Source: an uncultured Verrucomicrobiae bacterium (GTDB lineage Bacteria; Verrucomicrobiota; Verrucomicrobiia; Chthoniobacterales; Chthoniobacteraceae). Taken from it: a stretch of DNA of 42,582 nt. Each line of letters opens with the position of its first letter. Position 1 is the first letter of the stretch. The notes under the pieces were generated by a model. The model saw nothing but the letters and a program-made list of their open reading frames with translations, ran no database searches and had not been told where the DNA came from. The stretch covers positions 1 to 42,582 of the forward strand of contig CAVYKI010000008.1 of the NCBI GenBank assembly GCA_963769025.1, in the 5' to 3' direction. Below are positions 38,790 through 42,582 of this stretch, in pieces. A program made the translations under genes and the position numbers.

Positions 38790-38978
38790 AAGGGAAAGTC
38801 CCTCGCGTCCAAACGCAAGACTTTCGTGGCCCCTCGGAGAGCGTTCGCGCCCCCACGAACGCGATCCGTGCTCCCACGAACGCAATCCGTGGCCCCACGA
38901 AACCCTCCCGAGGGCTGACGAATGCTCTCCGAGCCCACTCGAATCCCTCAAGTTTGGACCCGAAATCCGGAAATCGTC
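38790..38978. repeat. Degenerate 21-bp tandem array (about 9 units), intergenic
   Basis: Core units CCACGAACGCGATCCGTGCTC (38853), CCACGAACGCAATCCGTGGCC (38874), CCACGAAACCCTCCCGAGGGC (38895), TGACGAATGCTCTCCGAGCCC (38916); the phase continues on both sides. Confidence 0.8.
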
Positions 38979-39132
38979 CCAAAAAGCCCGGTTTTCCGCC
39001 CTTTCGCCTTCCTTATGGCAGCCCCACGGAGGCGGACACCGGCCACCAAGAGGCTGTGAGTGAAAAAATCGGGGATTGCCGGGACACTCCGGGCGCGCCC
39101 CCGCTGGCACGGGGATTGCCTGTCTGGCGAGG

Positions 39133-40017
39133 ATGCGATTTCTGCCCGTCCTCCTTTTGCTCGTCGCCTGCGCCTGTGCTGCGCAGGAGACATCCGCCGG
39201 CGTGCTGCCGGAGGTTCCGTTTGAAAAGCTCTCGGACCGGACGCTCACGGCGCTGGGGAAAAAGGCGCTGCAAGTCCGCGCCAGTGACTGGAAGCACGGC
39301 GAGACGGAGCATTTCGTCTATCATTTCTTCGACCGCCCGACGGCGTCGTCGGTCTCGGTGGAGGCGGAATTTTACTACCGCGTGATCGCGGCGGAACTCG
39401 GACGGGACACGACCAAATGGGAGCGGAAGTGCCACTTGTTCCTTTTCGACGATGCAGCCGACTGGAAGGCGTTTCAAAAGTTCGGCGGGCTGGATCCGTG
39501 GACCGGCGGCATCCACGGCGAGGGCACGCTCTTCATCCTGAGAAAGCCCGGCCCGGTGGCGGACAACACCACGCTGCCGCACGAGATCACGCATCTGGTG
39601 CTGTTTCGCTTTTTCGGCCCGGGCATCCCGCTGTGGCTGAACGAAGGCTTCGCGGAATACGCGGCCTCGCGGTGCCGCGCGGCGTTCTACCGCGCGCGCG
39701 GATACAACGCCCGGCCGCAGGCCAGCCCGGTGAAGCGGTGGCTCTACATCCCGCTCGCGGAGCTGACCGCCGCTAGCGAGTATCCCGACGAGGTGGAAAA
39801 CGTGGCCGCATTTTACGAGGAGTCGCAGAAGCTCGTGCGCTTCCTCTCGGCGGCGGACAAGAAGGGCTTCGTGGCGTTCCTCGATGCGATGGGGAAGGGC
39901 GCGCACTTCGAGACGGCGGCGCGGAATCACTTCGGAAACCGCTTTCTGAACTTGGATGCGGTCGAGAGCGAGTTTAAGAGCTACGCGACATCGCCCCTCA
40001 TCCCGACCACGCCTTGA
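39133..40017 (+). CDS. Secreted putative zinc metallopeptidase (gluzincin, peptidase MA-like)
   Basis: Signal peptide; ETEHF, LPHEITHLV (HExxH), PLWLNEGFAEY (third-ligand Glu). Confidence 0.8.
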   Translation: MRFLPVLLLLVACACAAQETSAGVLPEVPFEKLSDRTLTALGKKALQVRASDWKHGETEHFVYHFFDRPTASSVSVEAEFYYRVIAAELGRDTTKWERKCHLFLFDDAADWKAFQKFGGLDPWTGGIHGEGTLFILRKPGPVADNTTLPHEITHLVLFRFFGPGIPLWLNEGFAEYAASRCRAAFYRARGYNARPQASPVKRWLYIPLAELTAASEYPDEVENVAAFYEESQKLVRFLSAADKKGFVAFLDAMGKGAHFETAARNHFGNRFLNLDAVESEFKSYATSPLIPTTP

Positions 40018-41138
40018 AAAACGACGCCGCTCCCATCCACGCCATCCTCGGCACGGACGATTTCGAGGTGAAGCGCGTGGCGCGGGAGCTGGCGGAAAGG
40101 CTCACGCCGCCCGGGGACTTCGGGAAGGAGGTCATCAACGGCCAGGCGATGAACGCGGACGACGCGGCGCAGAAGGTTTTCCAGACGATCGAGGCGCTGG
40201 ATACGTACGGCTTTTTCGGCGGCGCGAAGCTCGTGTGGCTGCAGGACGCGAACTTCCTCGCCGATGACCGGACCGGCGGCGCGGAGGCCACGCGCGACGC
40301 GATCGAGAAGCTCACTGCCCTGCTGCAACGCGGGCTGCCGGAAGGCACGCGATTCCTGCTGAGCGGCGGCGCCATCGACAAGCGGCGCTCGTTTTACAAG
40401 ACGCTCGACAAGATCGCCGAGGTGCAGACTTTCGACCGGCTGGATTCCACCAAGCAGGGCTGGGAGCGCAACGCCGTCATCCTCTGCCGCGACCTCGCCC
40501 GCCAGCACGGCCTGACTTTCGACGAGGACGCGATCGAGCTTTTCACGCTCTACACGGGCGGCGACCGCTACGCGATCACGAGCGAGCTGGAGAAGCTCGA
40601 CCTCTACCTCGGCAAGGACAAGCGCCGCGTGACGCAGGACGACGTCCGCATGCTCACGCCGATGTCGCGCGCGGGCGTCATCTTCGAGCTCGGCAACGCA
40701 ATCTCCGCACGGCAGCTCCAGCGGGCGCTGGAACTCCTCCAGCAGCTCCTTTTCAACGGCGAAAAGGCCATCGGCATCCTGCTCGCGACGATCATCCCCA
40801 CCGTCCGAAACCTCCTCCTCGCAAAGGATCTCCTCGTCCGGCACAAGCTCGCCGCGCCGTCGAATCCGTTCAATTTCACCTCGACGCTCGAACGCCTCCC
40901 CGCCGCCGCGATCGCGCATCTGCCGCGCACCAAGGAGGGCAAGCTGAACGCCTTTTCGCTCGGCTTCGCCGCGGCTGGCGCGCGCAATTTCACGCTGCCG
41001 GAACTGCAGGCCGGCCTGAAGGCGTGCCTGGACGCAAACGTGACCCTCGTCTCCGCGCCGACGGAAACCGAGGTCGTCCTCAGCCAGCTCCTCGTGCGCC
41101 TGATCGGCGGGAGCAAACGTGCCGCCGCCGCGCGCTGA
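40014..41138 (+). CDS. holA: DNA polymerase III subunit delta
   Basis: ILGTDDF, GFFGGAKLV, IDKRRSFYK, SELEKLDLY, VTQDDV, IFELGNAI; TTG start overlaps the upstream TGA. Confidence 0.88.
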   Translation: MKNDAAPIHAILGTDDFEVKRVARELAERLTPPGDFGKEVINGQAMNADDAAQKVFQTIEALDTYGFFGGAKLVWLQDANFLADDRTGGAEATRDAIEKLTALLQRGLPEGTRFLLSGGAIDKRRSFYKTLDKIAEVQTFDRLDSTKQGWERNAVILCRDLARQHGLTFDEDAIELFTLYTGGDRYAITSELEKLDLYLGKDKRRVTQDDVRMLTPMSRAGVIFELGNAISARQLQRALELLQQLLFNGEKAIGILLATIIPTVRNLLLAKDLLVRHKLAAPSNPFNFTSTLERLPAAAIAHLPRTKEGKLNAFSLGFAAAGARNFTLPELQAGLKACLDANVTLVSAPTETEVVLSQLLVRLIGGSKRAAAAR

Positions 41139-41142
41139 AGCG

Positions 41143-41574
41143 TCAGCGTTTCCGCAGTCGGCGGATCTCCCTCGTCACATCCCGGTCCGCCGATTCGAGT
41201 TCCTTGCGCAACGCCTCCACGGAAATGGCCAGCCCGCCAAACGTGATCACCGTCTGCTGCTCGAGGTGGTCATTCGTCGCCACGGTGATTTCGTGCTCAC
41301 CCGCATACTTCGCCGCGAGCCGCTCGATGATGGAATCCGCCGAGTCCTTTCCGCCGGAATAGAACACCTGAATGCCACCCGGCATCTTCTCCGAGTTCGG
41401 CCGCTCCCCTTTCCCGTCAAACACCAGCACGACCCGCACACCCGTCGCGTCCTGATACGCCGTGAGCTTCCGCGTCAGTTCCTCTCGCGCGACGAGCCGA
41501 TTGCGGCCGTGCAGTTCGTGAAACTCCGGCCACGAAAAAATGACGCTGTGCGCATCGACGAGGAGATAGCGCAT
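41143..41574 (-). CDS. NYN-domain (YacP-like) ribonuclease
   Basis: YLLVDAHSVI, VVLVFDG, SADSIIERL, VATND acidic PIN/NYN motifs. Confidence 0.88.
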   Translation of the reverse strand: MRYLLVDAHSVIFSWPEFHELHGRNRLVAREELTRKLTAYQDATGVRVVLVFDGKGERPNSEKMPGGIQVFYSGGKDSADSIIERLAAKYAGEHEITVATNDHLEQQTVITFGGLAISVEALRKELESADRDVTREIRRLRKR

Positions 41575-41616
41575 GGCTTGCCCTCATCCGGACAACAGCC
41601 CGATCCGCCGGGGGAC

Positions 41617-41766
41617 CTACGCCGCGGCTGCGGCCTTCTTCTTGGCAGGGCGCTTCGCGCGAATCTTCGCGCCACCCTTGCCGGCGGCTGCCGCCTTCGC
41701 CTTGCGGCGCACGAGGTAATTGAGACGGCGGCGCTTCTTTTCGACTTTGTTGTATTGCTTGCCCAT
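41617..41766 (-). CDS. Small very basic protein (49 aa)
   Basis: MGKQYNKVEKKRRRLNYLVRRKAKAAAAGKGGAKIRAKRPAKKKAAAAA; ATG start and host-like codons. Confidence 0.75.
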   Translation of the reverse strand: MGKQYNKVEKKRRRLNYLVRRKAKAAAAGKGGAKIRAKRPAKKKAAAAA

Positions 41767-41942
41767 GTTCGGTGAAAGGTGTGGTGAGAAAAGTGAGGGC
41801 GCGTTGTTACGGGCGTCGTGCCACCGGGTCAACGGAAAGTTGAGGTTTCAAAGTGAAAGTTGGGAGTTGGTATGCGCGGCGCGGCGCGCGTAACGTGCCT
41901 TCGCCCCCGCCGCTCCACTCTCAATTTTCAAACCCTCAACTC

Positions 41943-42245
41943 ATGATCAAAGGCCAGCGCGTAGTTTGCGTGGACGATCGCTTTCCAAAGTGGGTCGTCG
42001 AATTCTTCAACCAGCTCCCGGTGAAAGGCCGCACCTACACCATCCGCGACGTGTGCCTGCGCCGCGAGACCATGCGAGGCTCCGACTCCGCGACCATCGC
42101 GCTCCTGCTTGAGGAACTCGTCAATCCGCCCGACCCCACGCACAAAGGCAGCGAGGAGCTCGCCTTCAAGTCAGAACGCTTCGCCCCGCTGGAGGAAATC
42201 TCCGAGGAACAGGAAGCCGAGCTGGAGCTGAGCACCTTCAACTGA
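41943..42245 (+). CDS. Hypothetical protein (100 aa)
   Basis: MIKGQRVVCVDD...LPVKGRTYTIRDV...EELVNP...FKSERFAPL with an acidic tail; host-like codon use. Confidence 0.8.
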   Translation: MIKGQRVVCVDDRFPKWVVEFFNQLPVKGRTYTIRDVCLRRETMRGSDSATIALLLEELVNPPDPTHKGSEELAFKSERFAPLEEISEEQEAELELSTFN

Positions 42246-42254
42246 CTCCGGCAA

Positions 42255-42509
42255 ATGGACGACGGGCAAATCTCCGAGGAAGTGGTCACGCTGGTCCACG
42301 CCATCCGGGATCACGCGCACCTGCGCGAATGGCTGTTTCGCCTGGAGCAGTGCCCGGACTCCGTCCGACGCATCGCGTTTGACCAGATGCTCACGGAGAT
42401 GAGGGCGGCAGGCGAGGACAGCGCGCTCATCACGGCAATCGCCGAACTTGCGAATCCGCAGATTTGCACTGCCGCCTGCCACGCGCTCCGGGCGTTGGAG
42501 CCGGAGTGA
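42255..42509 (+). CDS. Hypothetical protein (84 aa)
   Basis: ATG 9 nt after the previous stop; predicted helical; no recognised motif. Confidence 0.6.
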   Translation: MDDGQISEEVVTLVHAIRDHAHLREWLFRLEQCPDSVRRIAFDQMLTEMRAAGEDSALITAIAELANPQICTAACHALRALEPE

Positions 42510-42582
42510 ATGCATTGCGTTCCGCGGCGTAGGAAAAGGCCGCAAAGCCCCGGCGCTGCCGGTCAATTCGCGGACACCCGGC

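Noticed and set aside
38602..38978. Repeats considered as a CRISPR array
   Set aside because: Units are contiguous with no unique spacers, the 45-bp repeat is protein-coding, and there are no cas genes.

Overview
High-GC bacterial chromosome segment. Gene content and style (PEP-CTERM protein, H-X9-DG prepilin-like protein, Tat-exported Gfo/Idh/MocA enzyme, heptamer repeats) suggest Verrucomicrobiota or another PVC-group organism; this is an inference. Housekeeping genes include purH-pdxJ-acpS, metH, argS, a PTS IIA protein, lnt, a phosphosugar mutase, proBA and holA. The most notable locus is at about 12.55-14.3 kb: a sequence-variant cobalamin riboswitch sits in front of a PEP-CTERM surface protein whose motifs resemble the transcobalamin-like/DUF4430 B12-binding domain, followed by a prepilin-like H-X9-DG protein. 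No btuB or btuFCD is present in the window, so this is a candidate unconventional B12-capture system. An accessory block at about 29.8-37.2 kb holds a sulfotransferase, a cusBA-type efflux operon (frameshifted cusB, Cys-rich leader ORF, no outer-membrane factor) and a decayed hybrid histidine kinase with one frameshift explained by an 8-bp repeat expansion. Also present are heptamer repeats inside proA and argS, a degenerate 21-bp intergenic array and several small unannotated proteins. No rRNA, tRNA, CRISPR array or transposase was recognised. All family assignments are by eye, not by database search.
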